DNA from: Lepidodermella squamata
Taxonomy: Eukaryota > Animalia > Gastrotricha
DNA: 64,000 bases
Assembly (NCBI GenBank): GCA_047495785.1
Contig: JBLDXI010000007.1
Location: forward strand, 1,426,001 to 1,490,000
Direction of reading: 5' to 3'
Shown here: positions 50,465 through 62,465 of the stretch, one piece after another
How the letters are laid out: every line of letters begins with the position of its first letter
How positions within the stretch are numbered: position 1 is the stretch's first letter
Made by a program: the position numbers and the translations under genes
Notes under the pieces: model-generated
Seen by the model: only the letters and a program-made list of their open reading frames with translations
What the model was told of the DNA's origin: nothing
Databases searched by the model: none

Positions 50465-51470
50465 TTATTCATCTTTCAAGATAACCATAAACAAACTGTC
50501 TTCGTAGGCCTCATCGATTGAATTCGGCGAGCTGATCAGAGCTCCATTCGGATATTTACCTTCCAGGAATTTAACATATTTTTCCGAGTCATTAATCGCA
50601 ATATCCTCCGTTATATAAATCCCACCAGGCCGCAAGTATTTGAAAGCTGTAGCCAGAAAATTAACATTCGCCTCGTAAGTATGTAATCCATCTTCAATAA
50701 TCACGTCAAAATCGCCAAAATCCTCGAAAAGCTTCTCGATGGTCGACGTTTTCAACTGATCGACAAAATGAGTTTTGATACGCGAGTCGGTGAACAAAAT
50801 GTCCGCATCAACATCCGCCCCGTAAAGTTGAGCTTTCGGAAAAAAATCTCGCCAAGCGTACAAAGACGCGCCAGGCCGGCCATTTTTACCCATATTCGAC
50901 GGTATGTTAGTGTTGTTGGTTCCAAGACCGATCTCTAGTAGCTTGAACTCCTTGCGATGCCAGTCATTCAGCAGAAATTCGTAAAAAATCGGGTAATGGT
51001 GGTACCAACATTTGTCACTTCGGTATTTATCCATTAATTCGCATAAAATCGATTTCCGATCTCGAAGAGGCGATCCAGTTGCCACGAATGAATCCAATTT
51101 TTCGCATAAAGCCTTGTTAGGTCCCTTGCAAAAATATTCAGCAGCTTTCGGAATGTTCACCGCCGTTATATTCGGAACCTATTTATTTAAATTTATTTTT
51201 TCAATTTATATAAAAAATTAATTAAAAAATTAGAAAAAAGTTAATAAAATTAAATTTTTATAAAAATAATTTTTATTTATGAAATTTAACCTGATGTGAG
51301 ATCGGTTTCGATTCAGACTGAAGTTTTTCGACGGTAACCATCAATCTTTGAACCTCATCATCGGTTGCCAACCTGTACTTGACTTCCCAGGTCATTAGGA
51401 TGGTCAAGAAAACAATCGCCAGAGACGACGAGACCAGATAAACGCCTTTGATAGAGTTGAACATTATCAT
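50465..51470 (-). CDS. Class I SAM-dependent methyltransferase (MycE/TylE-like sugar O-methyltransferase fold) with N-terminal type-II membrane anchor, copy 1
   Basis: TM exon (VYLVSSSLAIVFLTILMTW) joined through an AT-rich intron (about 51179-51291). Motifs SDKCWYHHY, LLEIGLG, GASLYAWRDFFP, YGADVD, VDQ, FDVIIEDGLH, LRPGGIYITED. Confidence 0.88.
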
Positions 51471-51921
51471 CGCAGCAAGAATATACGCAAAACACAAGCT
51501 TGTAAAAAAATTCTTGATCGCTATTGCGATAGTTACTTGATAAATTGATAAATAGAAAATCGTGACGCGTGAAATAATCAGCCAGATCGCGTGCGGCTCA
51601 ATACTGAAAAATCGTTTTGTTTTTCCTTATGAAAATTGCAAAAAAATAATAGAAACCTTGCGAAAAACGCCTCGCATGAGGTCTTTTTTAAATTATGTTT
51701 TAACAAAAATCAAAATTATTAAAAAATTATTTATTTATTTATTAATCAAAATTGAAATTCGAAATAAATTTCGAAATAAATTCTTTAAACTTGTTTTAAT
51801 TTTATAAAAATTTAAAAATCATGGCTAACAAATTAAAATTGAATTAAGACAACCGCAAAATGACACTTTTACGTAATTATTTATTTTTCAATCATTTTCA
51901 GAATTTTTTGAATTATTTATT

Positions 51922-52809
51922 TTAATTTTTCAAAATCACCATTAATAAACTATCTCTGAATGCTTCGTGTTCTGAGAAGGTAGGCGAACTGATCAGGATT
52001 CCACTTCGGTAATTTTCTTCCAAAAGCTTCAAATATCTGTCCGAATACTTCATAGCAACATCTTCGGTAACAAAAACTCCACCAGGCAGTAAGTGTTTGA
52101 AAGCCGTCTTCAAAACGTTGACATTAGCCTCGTAAAAATGCAAGCCATCCTCTATAATGACATTAAACTCGCCGAAATCGTCAAACAACTGTCTAATCGT
52201 CGATGTGTCAAGCTGATCGACGTAGTGAGTCGCGATTCTTGTGTCGCTAAACAAAATTTCAGTATCAACATCAGCTCCGTAGATTGAAGCGTTCGAGTAG
52301 AAATCTCGCCATGCATATAACGACGCTCCAGGTCGGCCGTTTTTACCCATATTTGACGGGATATTCGTGTTGTTTGTACCTATGCCAATCTCGAGAAGCT
52401 TGAAATGCTTGCCTTGCCATTGCTTGAGAAGGAATTCGTAGAAAATCGGGTAGTGGTGGTACCAGCATTTATCACTGCCGTGTTTATCCATCAATTTGCA
52501 AAGTTGCGATGATCTGTCGCGAAATGGCGGCTTTTCGCTCATAAAAGCGTCGATTTTAGCGCACAGAGCTGTGTTTGGACCCTTGCAGAAGTAATCAGAT
52601 CTTGGAGATTCGGTAGGTTCCATTCTTCGCAGATTTAATTTGTTGATGATGAAGTCCAATTTAGTCATGAAAACATTTGTAAGGCTGATTTCTGGTTTTA
52701 ATAAGATATTAACCACGAACAATACAGCTATCGATGACGAAGCGGTTAGAAGTTTGATTCTTTTCATAAAAACAGTATTGGTTTCCTTGCAGTTGGTGTA
52801 AAATGTCAT
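51922..52809 (-). CDS. Class I SAM-dependent methyltransferase with hydrophobic N-terminus, tandem copy 2 (single ORF)
   Basis: Same motifs as copy 1 (LLEIGIG, GADVD, IIEDGLH, LLPGGVFVTED). Hydrophobic segment SSIAVLFVVNILL. The start may be the second Met. Confidence 0.88.
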   Translation of the reverse strand: MTFYTNCKETNTVFMKRIKLLTASSSIAVLFVVNILLKPEISLTNVFMTKLDFIINKLNLRRMEPTESPRSDYFCKGPNTALCAKIDAFMSEKPPFRDRSSQLCKLMDKHGSDKCWYHHYPIFYEFLLKQWQGKHFKLLEIGIGTNNTNIPSNMGKNGRPGASLYAWRDFYSNASIYGADVDTEILFSDTRIATHYVDQLDTSTIRQLFDDFGEFNVIIEDGLHFYEANVNVLKTAFKHLLPGGVFVTEDVAMKYSDRYLKLLEENYRSGILISSPTFSEHEAFRDSLLMVILKN

Positions 52810-53609
52810 CCAACAGATGATATAGGTGTGAAATTAGGCTTTCACACAATAATTTCGCGTCTAATCGTTTTTGTTTTATGATTCGATATAACGAATCGAT
52901 AGCAAGTTCGATCGAACTAAAGGGAGTATGGCACAGTCCCGTGCTAAATTGCCGACATGCATGATTGATTTCCACAATGAAGACAAATTTTATCATCAGG
53001 TTCTCATTTGAAAAATACATTATGAAAAACATGAGTATTTTGCATTTTTTATATTGTTTTAAATAAGTTTTTTCGGTTTTTTTTGCGGTGATTCCTCATA
53101 ATGAAATCTCCAAAATAAATGAAATACACTGCATCTTAGTTTTTGATGTTTTTTCGCGAAATAAAAAAATTGCTGTTTCGTCGCATTCGCTGTTTTGCGC
53201 AGTTGCTGATTTGTCGCCGTACTCTATCATTAGGAGGAATAAAAGGAAAACATCAATTTGGTCACTTTTCGATATGTAGATAGCTTCGACGTTAGTAAAG
53301 AGTATTGAGTTTCTATAACAGAAATCCGATGGAGTGAATCGATTGACAAAATAAGTCCTTATGAATTATTCGTCAACAAAAAAGCGGGCGTTTCTAGGAT
53401 ACACGTTTTCAGTGCATGTTCAGATCGATGATGCCAAACTTCGAATAGATTGCTACAGCAAAATACACCGGTATTTCCGTTGGTACCCCTAATGCTTCCG
53501 TTTAAGTGATCAGAGTATTTTCTTGATTAGCCGATTTTTGGTGTGATTTTTGTTGAGTTGAAAGTATTGGTTACAAGGAAGGCATATATCTGTTTTATAC
53601 CTTCCCACC

Positions 53610-56600
53610 ATGGGAAATTGTACGGTGCAAGTAAGTTTCGCAATTATTATAGCCATCTATAGTAATAGCTTGAACGATTTGAAAGAAAACGATTGATAAA
53701 TCCTCGCCAGAATCGACTGTGACAACTGGGAAGCGAGCTGTACCAGTAATGGGGAAACCTTTATCAGAATCGTCCGGCGCCATTAGTAAGGCTCGTGTTT
53801 TCGTCAGCTATTCTTGGAGTTATCGGGAAGACGATGTTCGAAAAGTCGCAGATGAATATCTCAGCCTGCAGCTTGACTTCGATGTGTTCTTAGATATTCA
53901 TAAAATCTGTGGCGATCTCGACCAGGCGATGATTGAGGCAAGTTTTCAGTCTCTTCCAAAAAACTCGCTTTAATAAGTCCAATAATAGAAAGTCGACTGG
54001 GCTGACATCGTTGTTTGCTTCCTCTGCGAGCCATACCTTAGAGAAGGTTCTAACTCCGCTAAAGAATTCGACTATGCCATCTTCAAGAAAAAGAAAGTTC
54101 TCCTCGTCAATTTGGAAGACAACTTTGTCCAACTTGGCGAGTCTCGAAACCTGGGAAATTTACTTCGAGTGTTCTTGCGCACGGAGGCCATGCACTTCCA
54201 CGATGATGCGAATGACATTTGCCAGCAAATCCGGCTGATTCTCAAAATGCCGGCTCAAAAAGGAGTCGTTTTGAATCGATTCTACGCTTCAAACCTACCT
54301 ATAAGCATCTCGAACTATTTTGAGCGGAATGAATTAGAAGCCAAAATGATGAAACATATAATCGAAATCTGCAATAAACCAGCAAAAGGTGAGTAGTCCT
54401 ATCTCTAAGATTCAGCTTTATAACGATCCTATGTGGCTAGGCAATACCAGTCTCCTTGTTGTGGCTGGCGAGGGAGGCGTCGGCAAATCTGTTTTGATGG
54501 CGAAACTGTTAGGTAGCGAAACAATCCCAAGAGGGCTGCAATCCCCAACAGTTGTTCTATGGCTTCAGTGTTTCAAATGGCAAGAAACAACTTTCGACGA
54601 CTCAGCTAAGAAAGAATTCCGCGAAAGTCTGATAGCCCTGGCGAAAAAGGCCGCGGCGGAATTCGTTGGATCAGAACTATCGCACATCAGCGAGTATTTT
54701 CGCGATAAAAAACGGCGTCGCGTTTTAGTCGTTCTCGATGATATGTTCAACGTGGAATTGCTTCGCTTCTTTGTTCAAGAGCAATCAGAAATGTCCTGCT
54801 GTGTCATCACTCGTGACCCATTTCCAATCTTAATGCAACAGCGGCAGCTCATCTACAAATTGGAGAAGATCGATAGTCTCGCGAATGAAGCAATCGAACG
54901 ATTTCTCGAATCAACTTGCGATTTGAAAGTGAAATTGAAGGATAGCGCCAAGGAAAAGATAGCTAACCTCGCTAAAATGTGTTGTGGTTTGCCTTTGATC
55001 ATGTCTCTCGTTGCTAACCGCTTTCTCTTCGGAAATTACAACTGGGACGAGGAGTATGAAGAGATTGTCAATCAAAAGACCAACGACCTCAATACTGCTA
55101 TTACGGGTGGCGATTACCGATTCAAAGAGCAAACTGTCGACAGTCTGTTGCAGTTTTCTCTCGACAGACTTGGAGACAACTATCGGCAATGTTTCTACGC
55201 TTACTTGCTGTTTGGGCCCAACTATTTGATTTCAGTCGAACATCTAACGATGCTATGGAGTCAACTGGCACCTACCCTGAGGGCTAAAGATGTTCTTAAT
55301 GCCTTTGATCAGCGAGCTGTTATCAGAACAGTTGGGCCGGGCCATGAGCTTTCGTCTGTGCATCAGCTGCTTTGGGATGCCGGCTTTCGCCGAGCTGCTA
55401 AAGATTTCGAAATTACAGCTTCGAATGACGCCGATCTTTACGACAAAGTCCGATTGTTCCTTCTTTATAGAAAGAATGCCGATATGATGCTGTTCGAGTT
55501 TTTCAAGGGCGGAACTGGTCAAAAGCATGAACCACTTCGTCGGCAACTGCTGCGTGATATCCTGGAGACTTTGAGCTGCGATGCGTTGTTGGAAATTTGC
55601 ACATCGATAAGTAAACGCGAGGCCAAGTCTTTTATTCATTTTCTCTATGGCTTAGAATGGGACGACAATTTCAGTCGAAGACCGGACGATGACTTCAAAA
55701 TGTATGGAGTGCATCACTCCTATCGCCTGATTGAATGGATACTGGCAAGGCTGCACGGAAACCAAGCGCAGAATCAAAACTACATAAAATGCATAGCGGA
55801 GCACAATGATTTGGCTTTTCTGATGCAAATTTGGGACGACGATGACAAAGAGACGCTGAAATACGAGAGGGATAAAGTAACGAACTTCTTTTATGGGCAC
55901 CATTGGAGATATCAAGCAAGAACGTATTTGAATGCTTGCGCGATCATTAATGAAGATTCAGAGTTCATTAAAGCGGTGTTAAAGCAAGATTTCACAGCAT
56001 CGAAACTCCTTTTCAACCAAGCTGAAGCTGAGGAAGCTATGCTAATTGCCGCACTCCAAGGGTCGGCGGAAATGACAGCTTACATAATTGAGAAATCCCC
56101 CTCCACGCTTACTACAGCTTCAATATTGATTGCCGCTCAAAATGGCCACATTGAAGTAGTCCGATTACTGGCAAAAGCAGCACCAGCTTTGATTTCTACG
56201 CCGGATGACGCCGGTTATACTCCGCTACGGATAGCTGCTGCAAGCGGTCACATCGAAGTCGTTCGATTCCTGGCAAAGGCAGTGCAAGCAACGGTTCTGA
56301 CAGCTGATAACGACGGCATAACTCCGCTAATGAGTGCCGCTCAAAATGGCCACATCGAGCTAGTTCGCTTCCTGGCAAAAGAAGCACCCGCCACTGTTTC
56401 TGCGGCTGAAAACGACGGCGCAACCCCGTTATGGATTGCTGCTCAAAGTGGCCACATCGAAGTTGTTCAATTCTTAGCAAAGTTAGCACCCGTCACCGTT
56501 TCTACCCCAGATAAAAACGGTAGAACACCGATAGGTACCGCAGCTTGCAATGGACACATACAAGTTGTTCAATTCCTGGCAAAGGAAGCGCCAGCTACGA

Positions 56601-58027
56601 TTTCAATGTCTAACAACAATGGAACAACCCCCCTCTGGATGGCCGCTCAAAATGGCCACATGGATGTTGTCCGATTCCTGGCAAAGAATGGGCCAACCAC
56701 TGTTTCACTTGCTAATGATACTGGTACAACTCCGATTATGATTGCCGCTCAAAATGGTTACATCGAGGTTGTACTATTCCTAGCGAGGGAAGCACCAGCC
56801 ACAGTTTCACTGGCTGACAAAAAGGGCACAACGCCGCTACTGACGGCCGCTCAAAGTGGCCATGGTGATATCGTTCGATTTCTTTCCAAGGAAGCGCCAG
56901 CTACGATTTCAATGTCTAACAGCAATGGAACAACCCCCCTCTGGATGGCCGCTCAAAATGGCCACATTGATGTTGTCCGATTCCTGGCGAAGAATGGGCC
57001 AACCACTGTTTCACTTGCTAATGATACTGGTACAACTCCGATTATGATTGCCGCTCAAAATGGTTACATCGAGGTTGTACTATTCCTAGCGAGGGAAGCA
57101 CCAGCCACAGTTTCACTGGCTGACAAAAAGGGCACAACGCCGCTACTGACGGCCGCTCAAAGTGGCCATGGTGATATCGTTCGATTTCTTTCCAAGGAAG
57201 CGCCAGCTACGATTTCAATGTCTAACAGCAATGGAACAACCCCCCTCTGGATGGCCGCTCAAAATGGCCACATTGATGTTGTCCGATTCCTGGCGAAGAA
57301 TGGGCCAACCACTGTTTCACTTGCTAATGATACTGGTACAACTCCGATTATGATTGCCGCTCAAAATGGTTACATCGAGGTTGTACTATTCCTAGCGAGG
57401 GAAGCACCAGCCACAGTTTCACTGGCTGACAAAAAGGGCACAACGCCGCTACTGACGGCCGCTCAAAGTGGCCATGGTGATATCGTTCGATTTCTTTCCA
57501 AGGAAGCGCCAGCTACGATTTCAATGTCTAACAACAATGGAACAACCCCCCTCTGGATGGCCGCTCGAAATGGCCACGTCGATGTTGTTAGATTCCTGGC
57601 GAAGGAAGCACCAGCCACGGTTTCAATAGTTGATAATAACGGCACAACCCCTCTTTGGCTAGCCGCCTTTGATGGTCACTTGGAAGTTGTTCGATTCCTG
57701 GCAGAGAAAGCTCCTGAAAATCTTTCTATGGTTTGCGGCAGTTGTGGAACTCCGCTATGGATTGCTGCTCAAAACGGCCATCTCGAAGTTGTTGAATTCC
57801 TTGCAAAGGAAGCTCCCGCCGCAGTTTCTAAAGCTAATAGCGACGGTAGAACTCCGTTATGGACTGCCTCGTATAATGGACACATTGAAGTTGTTCGATT
57901 CCTAGCAGCAGAAGCTCCAGAAATGATTTGTGTTGCTGATAACAACGGCATCACTCCAAGTGAGATCGCTAATAATCCCGACATCGTTCATATTTTGAAG
58001 AACGCTGCCAAAACGACAGTACATTGA
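53610..58027 (+). CDS. TIR - NB-ARC (STAND NTPase) - ankyrin-repeat protein (NLR-like receptor)
   Basis: Exons 53610-53630, 53686-53937, 53989-54388, 54441-58027. TIR: VFVSYSW, VFLD, ADIVVCFL, SNSAKEF. NB-ARC: Walker A GEGGVGKS, Walker B VLVVLDDM, VITR, CCGLPL, VHQLL. About 19 ankyrin repeats (TPLWMAAQNGH). Confidence 0.92.
56582..57600 (+). repeat. Coding tandem repeat, 306-bp period (three ankyrin repeats), about 3.3 near-identical copies
   Basis: aaggaagcgccagctacgatttcaatgtc starts at 56582, 56888, 57194 and 57500. Only a few substitutions separate the units. Confidence 0.95.
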
Positions 58028-58689
58028 ATTAAAAAATTTATTAACTATCACTTTGAGGACATTCTTTGACGCCATTTGATGACTCAATCAGAGAAAATTT
58101 CGAATCGAACGGAAAACTTCTTCAGTTAACTTTTTTTAGTAAATGAGAAACTGCCATTAGTGACTAACGTCTTATCTGAACCTTTGGCAGAACCTCGTAT
58201 ATTTTCTATGAATGACTCAACAACCAGCTGACATCGTTGACAACTCAAATGCTGAAGTTCGGATGTTTATGTCAGTGTTGAAGTGAAAGGCGGCAGACGG
58301 CAGTTACATGTAAAAAAAGTAATCATTTATTGACGATTTGCAAAACCAACTCGTTTATCTACTGTTTCAGCTCCGATAACGGCATTTCATTCCAGTGAAC
58401 GCAGCAAAGAGTCTTGAGAGTTTCTATGACAACAGTTGAATAGAGTAAATCGATTGATAAGTCAACAATGTGTTGCTCTATGTTCAAAAATTGCCTGCCA
58501 AATCAGGAAATTAAACCACCCTTTGATTGTAGGCAAATATCTACTAGTCTCATAAATAATTCACTTTGAAAAGCTGTAAAATATGGTTCGATATAACCGA
58601 GCCTCCTGGGAGACTAAAAATTATCGAACGGTATCAGCACACATTCCTCTGAATGAATTATCGACACACTGAAAGCGTCTGACTAAACT

Positions 58690-60261
58690 ATGAAGCAATA
58701 TTTTACAATATTAATAACACTTATTTCAGGATTAACCTGGAATATTTTAGTTGGATGCGATTTAGATTCAAGTAAACAAACAAAAGCGTTGATGGAGGAA
58801 TTGCAGAAGGAGTACGTCTACAAATGGTGCCCGGTCGTGATGTCTCGAAGCGTCCCGAGCGAAACGGTGGCCAGGAATAACTTCACCCAGGCACTTCGTG
58901 TCAAAACAGCCGCTTACATTTTCCGCTTCATTCAAATCAACGACGTCGAGCAGCGAATGTCCCTTTTTCTCTACTTCACCTTTGAATGGGCGTTTCCTTG
59001 TCCAGTCTACGATTGTAACAAAATCGTACCAGATTCGCCGTTGTGCAAATTGCCGAAAGATCGGGTTCAAAGTTTATACTTTCTCCTAACGCCTCGAGAC
59101 GTCTGGCACCCCTACTTGGCCCATCTCAACGCTTATGAAACGACTCGGCCGTTGGAAAATGGAGCTGATGGAGATATCGTGTTCATCTTCCCATTCATGG
59201 CATCTGGACCTCAGGCTTACATCGGTTACACCCGGCGAATCGACACGTCTTGCTCGTCATTTTCATTTAAACACTTTCCATTCGACACGCTGACTTGCGA
59301 AATGAAGTTTGAACCCGAGGAGAGTATTGACTTCCTTTGGTATGATGTCGTATTTTATGGGATGGATGCGTCTCTAAGTACGAATCTGATAAGCGATACC
59401 GATGTTTGGGAACTGGCGTATTCTGACGATTTAGGTCGGACTTCTACGGGGGAGAGTCTGAATGCTTCCGAGTCAACGGGCGTCTTTTCGCGTATGGTTT
59501 TAACGAGTCGATTCAGGCGTAAATACAACTACTACGTCGCGAGTATGATGATTCCGTCTTATGCCACCTTCTTCTTACAAATCACGTGCCTATTCTTACC
59601 ACCCGAATTTCCAGACAGGTAAAATTTTAAAGAAAGTACTGCCAATAATTTTAAAGGCAAATGTGAAAAGTTGTTAGCAAAAGTAATAGGTATAGTTAAA
59701 TTTATTCGTCACAAACCGATAAAAATTTCCAGCTACAAAATAAATAATTTCTATTTCGAAATTATTTCAGCCTCCTGATCTTATTAATCAAATACCTCTT
59801 TTGAATATTTCTCCTGACTCGAGATGCTAATTAGCCAAGATTCGTTATATTATCGAATTATCTCCAGTCATGGATTCTTTCTTCACTTCTTGAATCTTTA
59901 TAAAATCTTAAAAAAGTTGTAATTTCAACTTTCCAGACCATCATTCGCGATGACAGCAGTTTTAGCGAATTCGGTTCTGCTTTCGCTGGTTTTCTCCAGC
60001 ATTCCACCAACTTCGGAAACTGTCTACTTCGTAACAATGGTCATTATCAAGTTCGTCGCTGGTCTCGTCATAACAATGTACACACTGCTGACGGTGCCTC
60101 TAGCCGGCTGGTTGAAAGGCGGCCAACTGATTTCGATCGGCACGTGGCATCTCACCCGAATTCGATTTGCGGATATCGTGCTAGGAATAGCCATACTTAT
60201 ACTGGGTCTAATAACTGATGTTGTTTACTTTTGTAGATTGAGAAATGAACCTAGGAATTGA
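58690..60261 (+). CDS. Divergent Cys-loop ligand-gated ion channel subunit (2 exons)
   Basis: Signal MKQYFTILITLISGL; VWHPYL; Cys-loop CSSFSFKHFPFDTLTC; RRKYNYYV-M1; PPEFPDR|PSFAMTAVLA across an intron at about 59619-59936; M3; short loop; M4. Confidence 0.9.
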
Positions 60262-61237
60262 AATATCTCGCTCGAATTATCAGAGTGTTGATTATATATT
60301 TGCTTCTTACTTTGAAAATGTTCATTTAATGCCATAATTAACAGTAATCGCACGGAATCCACTTAACTCCATTTTGCCAAGGCTGATGATCGAAAGTTGA
60401 GGTCAAGTAATAAAAGAATGTAAAGTTGACGTTAAAATAATTTGATGGATATCGAAAATTAAGAAAATAATACTACGTTTGAAGTAGATTCGAAGTAATA
60501 CAGCAAATCCAGCAGTGAATTTAGGAAACCGAAATATGGTGGTCCCCCATATAATTTTAGTTTTGTTGCCAACATTTTTTTATTTTCTTCAATTTAATCG
60601 AATTTAACAATTACAGGTCGCAGGCTAATTAGCACTAGTTTGTGAATAGTAGTAGCGACCCCCGCGACACGCGACATTATTGATGTTGTGAACAGGGCTG
60701 CGATTGTCGCGTGCAGTAGCGGCACCGTCAAGCCCTGAATTGGTCGCGCGATGAAACGCTCATTAGTGAATCCAGCTTGACATCTGGGATTAATTAGGAC
60801 AGATAAACAAATCCAATTTTTTCCAATCCTTTTGTTTCCTGAACACGTGTGTGACAGCTGGTGGGAGACACGCGGGCTGGGAAACTGGGCGTGTGTTACG
60901 TCATGATACGCGCGCTTCGCGGCTATAAAAGCCAAATCGAAACCGAACATCCGTGCCAATTAAAAACAAAACACTTGAAAACCATATCAGATTCCTGTTA
61001 TCACTGCTGAAAATGACCAAGTTTCAATCGACAGTTTTACACGTGATCTATCGACTGTTGAACCGCTTCAAAATATTCCTATTGGTCACGGATTAAAAAA
61101 ATTCGAGGCAAACAAAATATTTTAACATTTTTCGCGGCCGCCTTTATACACCGTAGACTGGTCTTATTATTCATTTTTAAAATTTCACTGGATTTTTTCC
61201 GATTAAAGCAATGTCATCAGAATTGTAGAAAAACCAT

Positions 61238-61563
61238 TTAGTAAGTAGTTTCATTCCTCAGCCTTGAAAAGAAGAAAATATCAGCGGTTAGTCCTAATAT
61301 GAAAATCACAATTCCTAGAACGATATCCGCCAATCGAATTCGCGTGAGATGCCACCTGCCGATCGAAATAAGTTCGCCACCTTTCAACCAGCCAGCTAGA
61401 GGCACCGTCAGCAAAGTGTACATTGTTATCACTAGACCAGCGACAAACTTGATAATGACCATCGTTACGAAGTAGACAGTTTCTGAAGTTGGTGGAATGC
61501 TGGAGAAAACCAGCGAAAGCAGAACCGAATTCGCTAAAACTGCTGTCATCGCAAAAGATGGCC
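61238..61563 (-). pseudogene. Inverted duplicate of the M2-M4 terminal exon of the 58690-60261 channel; upstream exon not found in the window
   Basis: PSFAMTAVLANSVLLSLVFSSIPPTSETVYF is identical in protein and preceded by a tttcag acceptor. No PPEFPDR donor exon was seen in 61600-64000. Confidence 0.65.
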
Positions 61564-62465
61564 TGAAAAGTTTCCACATATTAACAGTGAAAAAAGAATC
61601 CAAATATCGAAAACTGCAAAATTCTGAATATATACGAAGAAATCATCTTTGAAAAAATTGGTAGGGTTACAACCATATCTCTCATGGCTAGAAAAATCTT
61701 GGAAAATCCATAATTCTATGATTTTATTATAATTAATTTTACAATCCTGTATCTATAAGCTGAATCCTGCGGTACTTTTTCAGTACTCTTTCGGTGGAAA
61801 ACCACCGCAAGGAAAAAATTTGAACTTTTAGCAATTTAGATATTTTGGCAAACTTCGCACTCTGGTCTCCTGCACAAACGGACAAGGAAGGTAATGGTCA
61901 TATCGGCGGATAGCACGTTTGATTCGCTACAAGATATGGCCGGCTCATTTCCCTGCAAGTCGCGGAACATGCGAAGATTTCGCTTCGAAATCGCGAAAAA
62001 TGAATGTCATATACGCGACAAGAAAATAAAAAAAACCGAGTTGATCTAATTGAACTGTGAACACCTAAATCAAAGATTTTCGAGAGTTTGAGAAATAGCC
62101 GTCTAAATCGTTGATCGAACCGAAGCCGGCATTTTTGTTCGACATAGTTCGGCCAGGATTCAAGGATTATCTTGAACTATAACCAACATCCGCCGGTGTT
62201 TCCTCCACGCGCGCATTCCTATTGGTTGGTTAAATTTACGCGTAACCGCACGTCGCGCGCATTTATTGCGCAACAAATAATTTCGGCGAATTTAATGATG
62301 AATCATCGAAATATTATTTTTTTCAATTAACGTTGTGACAAGAAAAGCGATTCTTTTGAAAGCTCAGCCATCTCTTCTCTGCCAGTCTCTTCTAGCTCAA
62401 CCGTTACGCCGGTAATTTCCTCTGAATTAGTGCTATTTTCCACATTTTTCTGTGGTTTCAGAGAG

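Noticed and set aside
60594-60959. 121-aa minus-strand ORF and a nearby TATA-like ggctataaaag
   Set aside because: No recognisable domain, no downstream gene and no LTR partner to support either call.
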